DNA of 64,000 nucleotides, taken from IMG/VR virus record IMGVR_UViG_3300021197_001946, one strand, 5' to 3'. Numbering within the stretch: position 1 is the stretch's first letter; the number at the start of each line of letters is the position of its first letter. Source of the DNA: an uncultured virus (IMG/VR IMGVR_UViG_3300021197_001946) (Duplodnaviria > Heunggongvirae > Uroviricota > Caudoviricetes). A program made the translations under genes and the position numbers. Under the pieces are notes generated by a model, which ran no database searches, was not told the DNA's origin, and was given only the letters and a program-made list of their open reading frames with translations. Positions 17,266 to 25,995 of the stretch are shown here, in pieces.

Positions 17266-19200
17266 ATGGCATATAATAGCAATAAAGGCAAGCAACATAG
17301 TGGCGATGTACTATACGAAGGAGATCCAACTGACACACAGATTGATTTCGAAAATGATTCGGTAGCATTAAAGACGGGTGGAATACAGAGGTTAGTTACT
17401 AACAATAGCCATGTTTCAGCATCGGTTAATTTATCAGCATCAGCTTTTTATGGATCAGGTTCTGGACTCGTTGGTATCCCAACTAGTGCCTTGGTGGCAC
17501 CAGGAGCTAACACTCAGGTCATATATAATAATTCAGGAGATCTCGGCGCCAATGCTGGGTTTACTTTTACTACCAGCGGCCAACCGCGCGTAAGCACTAC
17601 TGGTCACTTCTCGGCGTCATTAGGAGTCACAGGTTCCTCACTCCGTACACTTAGCACTGTAATTGATTCTACACATTTATCCAGCTCTCTTAACATCTCT
17701 GGCTCTAAATTCTATGGCGATGGTTCTAGGTTGGAAAATGCTGGTATCATTACCTCATATACCAACGCCAGTGCCGGTCGTATCGTAACGTCGGTTAACG
17801 GGACAACAATTAACGGCGAGGCGGGCTTAACCTATTCCAGTGCCAAGCTCAGTGCCACAGGTCAAGTCTCCGCCTCTTTGGGGGTTACCGGTTCTTTACT
17901 CCGCACGCTCGCTACAGTCATTGATTCAGTACACCTCTCAAGCTCGCTAAACATCTCTGGATCAAAGTTCTATGGTGACGGCAGCACTTTATCGGGTGTT
18001 GGTGCCGGCACAATGTCCAATTTTACTTTACGAGGTGACGGAGGTAGCACTGACTCAATTGCTGATGCAAATACCATTGATGTTGCCGGTGGCACTGGAA
18101 TTACAACAGCCAATGCAAGGTCTGTTACAACAAATACATTAACAGTTAATCTTGATGATACCGCAGTCAGCGCCGGCGATTACACCTATTCTAGTTTCAC
18201 TGTTGACGCGCAAGGGCGATTGACCGATGCAAGTAGCGGCGCCGCTCCAGCCATCACCAGTTACAATAACCCTGGTACTAGTCGTGTAATTACATCAATT
18301 AATGGTAACACTGTGAATGCACAGGCCGGCCTCACCTTTAATGGCACAAGACTCACTGCTGTTGGGCATATTTCAGCTTCGTTAGGAATCACTGGTTCTT
18401 TAATAATCGCAACAGGTTCTGCGCCAGAAATTGCAGTTGGTAGAAGATCTCCTGTTAATACTAATATGTTATATGTCTCAACACATGGCAATGATAACCG
18501 AGTTCCACTCTTTATAACCGACACTGCCGAGAATACAATCCTTGGAGTAACCGGCTCCGGTCACGTCATAATCGGAGGAAAAGGCGCCCCACCAACCGAT
18601 GCAAAACTAAATGTCTCAGGATCTGACTTAGATCAATTAATTTCATTAAAAGCAGATAGTATTGGTCAAGTTTTCTACGTTAGCGCCAGTGGTGAACTGT
18701 GGAATTCCGGTAGTGCAACATTTAAGAGCCCCGAGCCGTATTTACATCTCAGTTCGAGCGTAAATGCCGCGGCACACGCCAAAATAGGACTCAACTCATC
18801 AAACAATATTTTGATACAGAACAATACAAGTAACAAACACATTGTGTTCAAAGCCAGCCGCGCGGGCTCTATCAAAGAAGGCCTTCGTTTAGATGGAGCG
18901 GTGCCAGAGGTAGTTGTTAATCAGGACTCAGATTCCCTAATCAACTTCAGAGTTGAGAGTAATAACAACACTCATATGTTATATGTGACAGGCTCTGACC
19001 AAGTTGGTGTTGGTGTCTCAGATCCGGCAATAGGGGTTACTCTTGATATATCAGGTAGCGCAATGCGCCTTCGAAATTCTAGCACCCCTGCAAATGCTGG
19101 TTCTGTGGGTGTGCAAGGCGAAATTCGATGGGATGCAAATTATATTTATGTGTGTATAGCAACTGACACCTGGAAGAGAGTGGCTATTGGTACTTGGTGA
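17266..19200 (+). CDS. Fibre protein with internal tandem repeats
   Basis: Duplicated SASLGVTGS.LRTL.TVIDS.HLSSSLNISGSKFYGDGS; C-terminal GEIRWDANYIYVCIATDTWKR seen in phage fibres. Confidence 0.7.
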   Translation: MAYNSNKGKQHSGDVLYEGDPTDTQIDFENDSVALKTGGIQRLVTNNSHVSASVNLSASAFYGSGSGLVGIPTSALVAPGANTQVIYNNSGDLGANAGFTFTTSGQPRVSTTGHFSASLGVTGSSLRTLSTVIDSTHLSSSLNISGSKFYGDGSRLENAGIITSYTNASAGRIVTSVNGTTINGEAGLTYSSAKLSATGQVSASLGVTGSLLRTLATVIDSVHLSSSLNISGSKFYGDGSTLSGVGAGTMSNFTLRGDGGSTDSIADANTIDVAGGTGITTANARSVTTNTLTVNLDDTAVSAGDYTYSSFTVDAQGRLTDASSGAAPAITSYNNPGTSRVITSINGNTVNAQAGLTFNGTRLTAVGHISASLGITGSLIIATGSAPEIAVGRRSPVNTNMLYVSTHGNDNRVPLFITDTAENTILGVTGSGHVIIGGKGAPPTDAKLNVSGSDLDQLISLKADSIGQVFYVSASGELWNSGSATFKSPEPYLHLSSSVNAAAHAKIGLNSSNNILIQNNTSNKHIVFKASRAGSIKEGLRLDGAVPEVVVNQDSDSLINFRVESNNNTHMLYVTGSDQVGVGVSDPAIGVTLDISGSAMRLRNSSTPANAGSVGVQGEIRWDANYIYVCIATDTWKRVAIGTW

Positions 19201-19276
19201 TAGTACTAAAAATGGCCTTTTGTGAGTCTTGACACTATTTATTTTTGAATAAAACCCACTCTAGGAGTAGAATTAT

Positions 19277-20374
19277 ATGTCAAGCTTATTAAAAGAGGCT
19301 ATCATAGACGCAAAAGCACTAAAAGAAGCAGCGCTTAAGAACGCTGAATCAACAATCATCGATAAATATTCCGAAGAGGTCAAAGAGATGGTCGAGAATA
19401 TTTTAGAAGAACAGGATGAGGCCCCTCTTGGTGAGCTACCTGAACCAATGACAATGGACGATGCGCCCGAGTCAGACACAGTTTCTGAGGACAATGTCGA
19501 AGTTACTGACGACACGATCCCATTAGCTAGCACAAACGATCTTTCTGATCTTGAAGGAGCCGGCTTGGACGAGATGCCAAGCGATTCTGATTCAATCGAA
19601 TTTGATGTTGATCTTGGCGTGTTAGAAGAAGCAATTAAAGCTTTAAGCGATGAACTTGAAGAAGACGTTGAAGAAGAGCTTAACGAGGAAGAAGAGCTTG
19701 ATGAAGAGATTGATATTGATTTTGCATCTCTTTCTGAACTTGAAGAAACTGATGAAGAGCAAGTAAATGAAGATGAGCATAACGAAGAAGAGGTAAGCGA
19801 AGACCTTGACGCTGATGCACTTGTTGATGCTATAATGGAAAAGCTTACCGTTGATATGGGTGCTGACCTTGCTGGCTGGGCCGGCCGTTCTTCTGAAGAC
19901 CAAATGCACGAAATGGAAAAGGAATTAGCACACCGCCGCTCTACTGATGTAGAGGAAGAGCTGGAAGCCCTTAAAAGTGCCCAAGAAGATTTAGTATTTG
20001 AAAAGAAAAACCTTGACAATAAAGTTGAGGATTATAAAAATGTAGTCGAGAATTTGAGAGAAAATTTACAAGATGTGAATCTTTCGAATGCAAGATTACT
20101 TTACACTAACCGTGTACTCAGAAATACCTCCCTGAATGAGCGACAAAAAGAAAAGATTGTCGAAGCTATTTCTACCGCGGATTCCGTAACAGAAGCGAAA
20201 ACTATTTTCGAGACGCTTCAAAGCACAGTGGAGGCGAAGCCTACGCAACGCCCACAATCACTAAGCGAAGCCATTGGAAGCAAAAGAACCTCTGTTATAC
20301 GTGCTACTCGTCAAGAGAGCACACCCTCTGACCCTCTCTCTGAGAGGATGAAGAGACTAGCTGGTATCAAATAG
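19277..20374 (+). CDS. Prohead scaffold/core protein (gp22-like)
   Basis: Very acidic coiled coil directly upstream of the MCP; many LxE sites. Confidence 0.8.
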   Translation: MSSLLKEAIIDAKALKEAALKNAESTIIDKYSEEVKEMVENILEEQDEAPLGELPEPMTMDDAPESDTVSEDNVEVTDDTIPLASTNDLSDLEGAGLDEMPSDSDSIEFDVDLGVLEEAIKALSDELEEDVEEELNEEEELDEEIDIDFASLSELEETDEEQVNEDEHNEEEVSEDLDADALVDAIMEKLTVDMGADLAGWAGRSSEDQMHEMEKELAHRRSTDVEEELEALKSAQEDLVFEKKNLDNKVEDYKNVVENLRENLQDVNLSNARLLYTNRVLRNTSLNERQKEKIVEAISTADSVTEAKTIFETLQSTVEAKPTQRPQSLSEAIGSKRTSVIRATRQESTPSDPLSERMKRLAGIK

Positions 20375-20407
20375 ATACAAATACAATTAAACAGGAGGTA
20401 TTTTAAA

Positions 20408-22183
20408 ATGGCTGGTATTATCGATAGACTCACCGAAGGTGTTGTCAACCGTGATATGCGCGCTGAAGGTCACGCTTTGTTATCAAAGTGGGAGCGCACA
20501 GGTCTTCTCGAAGGACTTAAAACTGACCGTCAAAAGGGGTCTATGGCCCGTTTGCTTGAGAACCAAGCAAAAGAACTACTCCGCGAGAGCAGCAGCATGT
20601 CTGCAGGAGATGTCGAGGGTTTCGCAGCCGTCGCATTCCCCATTGTTCGTCGCGTTTTTGCAGGCTTGATCGCTAACGATCTTGTTTCTGTTCAACCAAT
20701 GAGTCTCCCAAGTGGGCTCATTTTCTTCCTGGACTTCGTGTTCTCGCCAAACCTTGGTGAATCTGGCTCTATGGATGGCCGCTTCGGCAACGAACCCGAC
20801 AAGTCAATCTACGGTACTAACCAAGTTGGTTCGCAGATTACAGGTGGTGTCGACCTTGTCGGTTCGTCCTTTAAGGAAGACTTTGGCGGTCCTCGTACCG
20901 TTGGTGCCCGCGGTTACGCTTATGGTTCACCAACTGGCTCTAGTGCTGTCACTGCAAGTGCATTGACTCTGGCTACGTTCAGTCTCACCGGCGCTTCGGA
21001 AGCTAACAAGAAACTGATTCAATTCGACCCAGATCTTATGGCCCTTAGCTCCTCTGGCGGTTCAAACTGGATCATTCAGCTTGCAGTTCCACAGACAAAT
21101 CTTAGTGATCAACTGGATTATGACAACTTGGGCGCTGTTTCAGCTTCCATCGAGGCATTAAATGGAGTTATGACTGAGACCCTCACTGAGAGCAACACAA
21201 GACAACTTCGCCGACTCAGCCAGCTTACTGGTGCAACTGGCGATCTTCGTTTAACATTCGTCACAAGCGTGGATGTTGCTGGAGATGCTCTTGCTACCGG
21301 CCGAGGTGTCTTAATGTCCGCTTCATTCCCGATCACTGATAACATTACTGCAGCTTCTGCTACCGGTGCTGTTGTTGGAGCTACCGATTGGGGACTTGAG
21401 GCAGTTGCTGAGATCCCAGAGATCGACATCAAGGTTGACAGCATTGCTGTTACCGCTCAAACCAAGAAGCTGAAAGCTAAGTGGACTCCGGAGTTAGGTC
21501 AAGACCTTAACGCCTACCACAACCTTGATGCTGAAGTTGAGCTTACAAGTATCCTTTCGGAGCAAATTGCTCTCGAAATCGATCGCGAGATCCTTGCTGA
21601 CCTCGTTAACGGCGGAACCGCTGGTACTTTCTACTGGTCACGTTCTCCCGGCTTGTTCGTCAATAAAGAAACAGGTGTTGAAATTGGTGCGTCCGCTGCG
21701 GCTCCCGACTTCACCGGTACTGTTTCTGAGTGGTACGAGACCCTCGTTGAGACTATCAACGATGTTTCTGCACAAATTCACCGCAAGACTCTTCGCGGCG
21801 GCGCTAACTTCATCGTCTGTGGACCTGAAGTTGCTAACGTCCTTGAGTTCACCGCTGGATTCCGTGCTTCTGTCACTCACGATGACGAAACCGGCAGCGT
21901 TGGTGCTGTAAACGTTGGTTCGTTGAGCAAGAAGTTTGATGTCATTGTTGACCCATACTTCCTCCGCAACGTGATTCTCGTTGGTCGTCGCGGCTCCTCT
22001 TTCCTTGAAAGCGGATATGTGTATGCACCGTACGTGCCACTGCAAACTACTCCCACAATCTTCGGACCAGAAGACTTCGTGCCACGCAAGGGTGTTATGA
22101 CCCGCTACGCGAAGAAGATGGTTCGTCCAGATATGTACGGATTGGTCGTTGTGCGCGGTCTCGTGGGCGAAAGCGGCTCCTAA
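20408..22183 (+). CDS. Major capsid protein (T4 gp23-like)
   Basis: LLENQ, VSVQPMSLPSGLIF, KLKAKWTPELGQDLNAYHNLDAE, EIDREI, YAPYVPL, PRKGVMTRY. Confidence 0.96.
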   Translation: MAGIIDRLTEGVVNRDMRAEGHALLSKWERTGLLEGLKTDRQKGSMARLLENQAKELLRESSSMSAGDVEGFAAVAFPIVRRVFAGLIANDLVSVQPMSLPSGLIFFLDFVFSPNLGESGSMDGRFGNEPDKSIYGTNQVGSQITGGVDLVGSSFKEDFGGPRTVGARGYAYGSPTGSSAVTASALTLATFSLTGASEANKKLIQFDPDLMALSSSGGSNWIIQLAVPQTNLSDQLDYDNLGAVSASIEALNGVMTETLTESNTRQLRRLSQLTGATGDLRLTFVTSVDVAGDALATGRGVLMSASFPITDNITAASATGAVVGATDWGLEAVAEIPEIDIKVDSIAVTAQTKKLKAKWTPELGQDLNAYHNLDAEVELTSILSEQIALEIDREILADLVNGGTAGTFYWSRSPGLFVNKETGVEIGASAAAPDFTGTVSEWYETLVETINDVSAQIHRKTLRGGANFIVCGPEVANVLEFTAGFRASVTHDDETGSVGAVNVGSLSKKFDVIVDPYFLRNVILVGRRGSSFLESGYVYAPYVPLQTTPTIFGPEDFVPRKGVMTRYAKKMVRPDMYGLVVVRGLVGESGS

Positions 22184-22203
22184 TAGCTGATTAACTCACA
22201 TTT

Positions 22204-22243
22204 AAAAACCCCCCTTGAGTATTCAAGGGGGGTTTTTGTTTTT
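22204..22243 (+). terminator. Rho-independent terminator after MCP
   Basis: AAAAACCCCCCTTGAGT/ATTCAAGGGGGGTTTTT inverted repeat followed by Ts. Confidence 0.88.
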
Positions 22244-22313
22244 GTTAAGCTATTTAGTGATGAACAATGTTCACCATTATGTATTGACATGATTATAAAC
22301 GGAGGGTTAAACA

Positions 22314-22814
22314 ATGGGAAGCAAAAGAGTGGGTTTGGCAAGAACTCAAAAATTAATTGAAAATTTGAAAAGAGAATTAAATATGACCAACACACAATTT
22401 AATGGTCTACACAGAGGTGTAAAAACTATTACTTGTGATGCAGGTAGCGATACGCTTACAGCGGCAGATTCTGGTAAAATAATTTTTGTTGACGGGGCTG
22501 TCGAAGGGAATCATACAATTCACTTACCAGAACCAACAACTGCTGGTTTAGAGTTTACTGTTATTTTGTCTGCAAACAGTCATGCTAACACTGAAATTTT
22601 GTTGGATTCTCAAATTTCTGCTGGCATTAAAGGTATGCTTAAAAAATTAGCAGCATCTGCAATTGCTAACGTTGTTAACCATTCAAACCAAAAACTTGGT
22701 TTTGGTGATGCATCTAAAATTGGTAGTACAATTCATCTTGTTTCAGATGGTAATTTTTACCATATTGTTGAAGCAGTTTCTGATGTTGTTCACATCAACG
22801 CATTCACTGCATAA
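22314..22814 (+). CDS. Putative capsid decoration/fibre-domain protein
   Basis: LTAADSGKIIF...IHLP...GLEF...LVSDG resembles the shared fibre C-terminal domain; follows the MCP. Confidence 0.55.
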   Translation: MGSKRVGLARTQKLIENLKRELNMTNTQFNGLHRGVKTITCDAGSDTLTAADSGKIIFVDGAVEGNHTIHLPEPTTAGLEFTVILSANSHANTEILLDSQISAGIKGMLKKLAASAIANVVNHSNQKLGFGDASKIGSTIHLVSDGNFYHIVEAVSDVVHINAFTA

Positions 22815-22967
22815 TAAAATGTATATTCCCTCTTCACTTTTGTGTTGAGGGAATTTTATTAAAAATGTCGATCTGTCAAAATTTTTCGCCGCCAATTTTT
22901 TGAGATTTTGATTTTTCGAAACTATTTACTAAGCACGTATGCATATCTTTAATTAAGGAGAGATATT

Positions 22968-23204
22968 ATGAACCCACGTAGAAGACTGATGCTCAAGAAC
23001 AGAGCGCGCGCCTTACAGCAAGTTGAGAGCGCACCAGCAACCCAAGCGGCACCCAAAGCTGAAGCTAAGGTGACCCCTAAGCCAGTGGTCGCACCAGAAC
23101 CACCGGCAGTCAAAGAAGAAGTCAAGGTTGCTCCTGCCCCTAAGAAAGTTGAAAAGAAGGCACCAAAAGCCAAGGCTCCAGCTAAAGTGAATAGCAAAGA
23201 ATAA
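22968..23204 (+). CDS. Small P/K/A-rich hypothetical protein
   Basis: AGGAG RBS, late promoter motif at 22922. Confidence 0.65.
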   Translation: MNPRRRLMLKNRARALQQVESAPATQAAPKAEAKVTPKPVVAPEPPAVKEEVKVAPAPKKVEKKAPKAKAPAKVNSKE

Positions 23205-23242
23205 AATACTCTTCAGTTATACTTATATAAGGAGGGTATAGT

Positions 23243-24511
23243 GTGCCTACAAATTTAAATCCAATATCGACAACTAGTACAATCGTGCTCACCTCAACAG
23301 GTAGCACTGATTTGGTTACCGGCTCATTACCGTTTGGAGTATATAATGATTCCACGCAGTTTATTAGTGGAGCCTCAGCACAAGTAGCTTACGTATATAA
23401 GAAGCTCGGTGGCGACGTTGTTGACATTGAGTTAACACCAGCAAATGTTTATGCTGCGTACGAAGAGGCCGTGCTGGAATATTCGTATATAATTAATATG
23501 CACCAAGGGAAAAATGTTCTCTCAACAGTTCTTGGGGAAACAACAGGGACATTTGATCACAAAGGCAACTTACAAACAGGGCCGACTGGATCAAATTTAA
23601 AATACCCTAGATTTTCAATTGGCTACTCCCGTCGTGTTGGAGATGGAATGGCGACTGCCGCAGGATTCGGTGGTACTGTACCACAATACTCCGCCTCCTT
23701 CAATGTGGTCAAGAATAAGCAAGATTATAATATTCAAGAGATTATACAATCAGCTTCAGATTCAGGTGTTGATGAAGGTGGCGATGCTGTGACTTATGCT
23801 GGCAAGGTTGGTACCAAGAGGGTTATCATCGATAAAGTTTTTTATAAGTCTCCACGGGCAATGTGGCGCTTCTACGGCTATTACGGCGGTATTGGTGTTG
23901 TTGGCAACTCCTCAACTTATGGACAGTTCGCTGATGATTCCACATTCGAGGTAATCCCTACGTGGCAAAATAAAATGCAAGCCATAATGTATGAGGATTC
24001 AATCACCACTCGTACGTCTAACTACTCCTATGAATTAATAGATGGAAAGATAAGATTGTTCCCAACACCAAGCTATTGGGGCTTTAGCTCAGAAGATAAA
24101 ATGTGGGTCAAGTTTCACGTTGATCTTGAAGCATTTGCTACTGGTTCCTATGATTCGGGAGTCCAGGGTGTCAACAATGTTAATACTCTCCCGTTCGACA
24201 ATTTACCTTACAATAATATAAATTCAATGGGTAAACAGTGGATTAGAAAGTATTGCTTGGCTCTTTGTAAAGAAATGCTTGGTCAAATTAGAGGCAAGTT
24301 TACTACACTGCCAATTCCCGGCGAATCGGTTACATTAAATCACTCCGAACTATTAAGCCAGGCACAAACTGAGCAGCAAAACCTTAAAGATAAGCTAAAA
24401 GAGATGTTGAAAGAGATGGAGTACACTGCTTTGGCTAAGAGTGATCAAGAAATTACGGACGCCGCGGCAAATGTTATAAAAGCATCTCCGCTGCCAATAT
24501 TTGTGGGATAA
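23243..24511 (+). CDS. Neck protein (gp13-like)
   Basis: LGGDVVDIELT, WIRKYCLALCKEMLGQIRGKF..LPIPG..VTLN; position after MCP. Confidence 0.75.
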   Translation: MPTNLNPISTTSTIVLTSTGSTDLVTGSLPFGVYNDSTQFISGASAQVAYVYKKLGGDVVDIELTPANVYAAYEEAVLEYSYIINMHQGKNVLSTVLGETTGTFDHKGNLQTGPTGSNLKYPRFSIGYSRRVGDGMATAAGFGGTVPQYSASFNVVKNKQDYNIQEIIQSASDSGVDEGGDAVTYAGKVGTKRVIIDKVFYKSPRAMWRFYGYYGGIGVVGNSSTYGQFADDSTFEVIPTWQNKMQAIMYEDSITTRTSNYSYELIDGKIRLFPTPSYWGFSSEDKMWVKFHVDLEAFATGSYDSGVQGVNNVNTLPFDNLPYNNINSMGKQWIRKYCLALCKEMLGQIRGKFTTLPIPGESVTLNHSELLSQAQTEQQNLKDKLKEMLKEMEYTALAKSDQEITDAAANVIKASPLPIFVG

Positions 24512-24517
24512 CGCTGA

Positions 24518-25006
24518 ATGGCTGACGATTGGAAAAGACCTGCCGCTCCACCACCACCTCTTTTTCTAGGTAAAAAAGAAAGAGATCTGGTAAAACAAGT
24601 TAACGATGAGTTAATTGAAAAAGTTATAGGACAACAGATCTTGTATTATTCAATTGATCTTGAGACTACCGACTTTCATGACTTATATGGTGAAGCGATT
24701 GAGAAGACTTTCCTACCGCCGATAAGAATATATGCACTTGTAGAATTTGCTGAGTTCTCTACAACGTATTCAGAGGGCATTGGGATTGACAAGGATTCCT
24801 CAATTGTTATACATTTTCACAAGAGAAGATTAACAGAAGATCAGAACGTGTTTGCTCGCGAAGGTGATTTTGTTTTATATGGTGATATTTATTACGAGAT
24901 AGTTAAACTTTCTGAGCCTAAAAAGCTTTTTGGCCAAGTTGGTGAAAGTTTTGAAATCTCTGCTACCTGCAAGAAAGCAAGAAAGGGACTTTTTGATGCT
25001 ACCTGA
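24518..25006 (+). CDS. Neck/head-closure protein (gp14-like)
   Basis: DLYGE, REGDFVLYGD..YEI; synteny. Confidence 0.65.
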   Translation: MADDWKRPAAPPPPLFLGKKERDLVKQVNDELIEKVIGQQILYYSIDLETTDFHDLYGEAIEKTFLPPIRIYALVEFAEFSTTYSEGIGIDKDSSIVIHFHKRRLTEDQNVFAREGDFVLYGDIYYEIVKLSEPKKLFGQVGESFEISATCKKARKGLFDAT

Positions 25007-25877
25007 TGATTTCGACTTCGCTATGTTACCAGAGGATGTGGGTACGGGTAATTTTTCTCTTAAAGAGATTGGTATGCTCTCTTCAACTATTGAAGATATT
25101 GATAAAGCAATGGTCGATTATGTCGAGAATAGTCTAGACATCTCTACTACCACCAACCAAGGAACAAAGACGGTCCCAGTATTGTGGCAAACGCCGGAGA
25201 GAGCATACCAGATTAAAAATGATCTTGACCTCCGTGATAGCTCAGGGGCACTAACCTTTCCTTTAATAACTGTTGAAAGAACAAGTATCATTAAGGATCC
25301 AGCCAAGAAAGGCTCCTTCCAAGCACATCTTTTTTCAAACAACAAGGATGGTCGCGCGGGCCGGATGACCATAGCACGCCGTATAGTTCCTGATAAGACA
25401 CGTAATTTTGCGGTTGCTTCTGGGACGAGAAACAACACCGGTGTGACTGACCAGAAGTGGTATCCGAGAGTTAACAAGAAAATTGTAGTTCAAACTGTGT
25501 CAATACCAATCCCGGTATATGTGTCAGTAGACTATAAAATTTTGTTGAAAACAGAATATCAACAACAAATGAATGATATGTTGGCTCCCTTTATTGCCAG
25601 AACTGGTCAGATCAATGCGTTCACTATGAAAAGACGGGGACACCGCTATGAGGCCTTCATTCAGCAAGGGTTTTCCCATAATAACAATGTATCAAATTTA
25701 GCCGAAGATGCGAGAAATTTCACCACAGAGGTGACAATAAATGTCCTTGGTTATTTAATAGGCGAAGGAAACAGTGACGACAGACCTATTGTTGAGATCA
25801 AAGAGAGTGCAGTTGAATTTAGGTACCCAACCGAATCCGTGCACCCTGTGGACGGTATTAGTTTTTTTGAAGATTAG
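24996..25877 (+). CDS. Tail terminator/completion protein (gp15-like)
   Basis: VPVLWQTPER, PLITVER, PIPVYVSVDY; directly upstream of sheath; likely start 24996. Confidence 0.6.
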   Translation: MLPDDFDFAMLPEDVGTGNFSLKEIGMLSSTIEDIDKAMVDYVENSLDISTTTNQGTKTVPVLWQTPERAYQIKNDLDLRDSSGALTFPLITVERTSIIKDPAKKGSFQAHLFSNNKDGRAGRMTIARRIVPDKTRNFAVASGTRNNTGVTDQKWYPRVNKKIVVQTVSIPIPVYVSVDYKILLKTEYQQQMNDMLAPFIARTGQINAFTMKRRGHRYEAFIQQGFSHNNNVSNLAEDARNFTTEVTINVLGYLIGEGNSDDRPIVEIKESAVEFRYPTESVHPVDGISFFED

Positions 25878-25995
25878 TTCAGGAGATGAAAATGCGTTTT
25901 TATTCTACTCCAGCAATCCTTTTGAAAACCAAAATACTATTTAATATATGATTGGCCACACAATTGAATCTATTTTTTAGAAGAGGAACTAACAC

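Noticed and set aside
19273..20019. 248-aa minus-strand Ser-rich ORF and other minus-strand ORFs
   Set aside because: Antisense shadows of biased plus-strand genes; no RBS or motifs
22860..22920. AT-tract intergenic segment as origin or packaging site
   Set aside because: No iterons or other support visible; single occurrence
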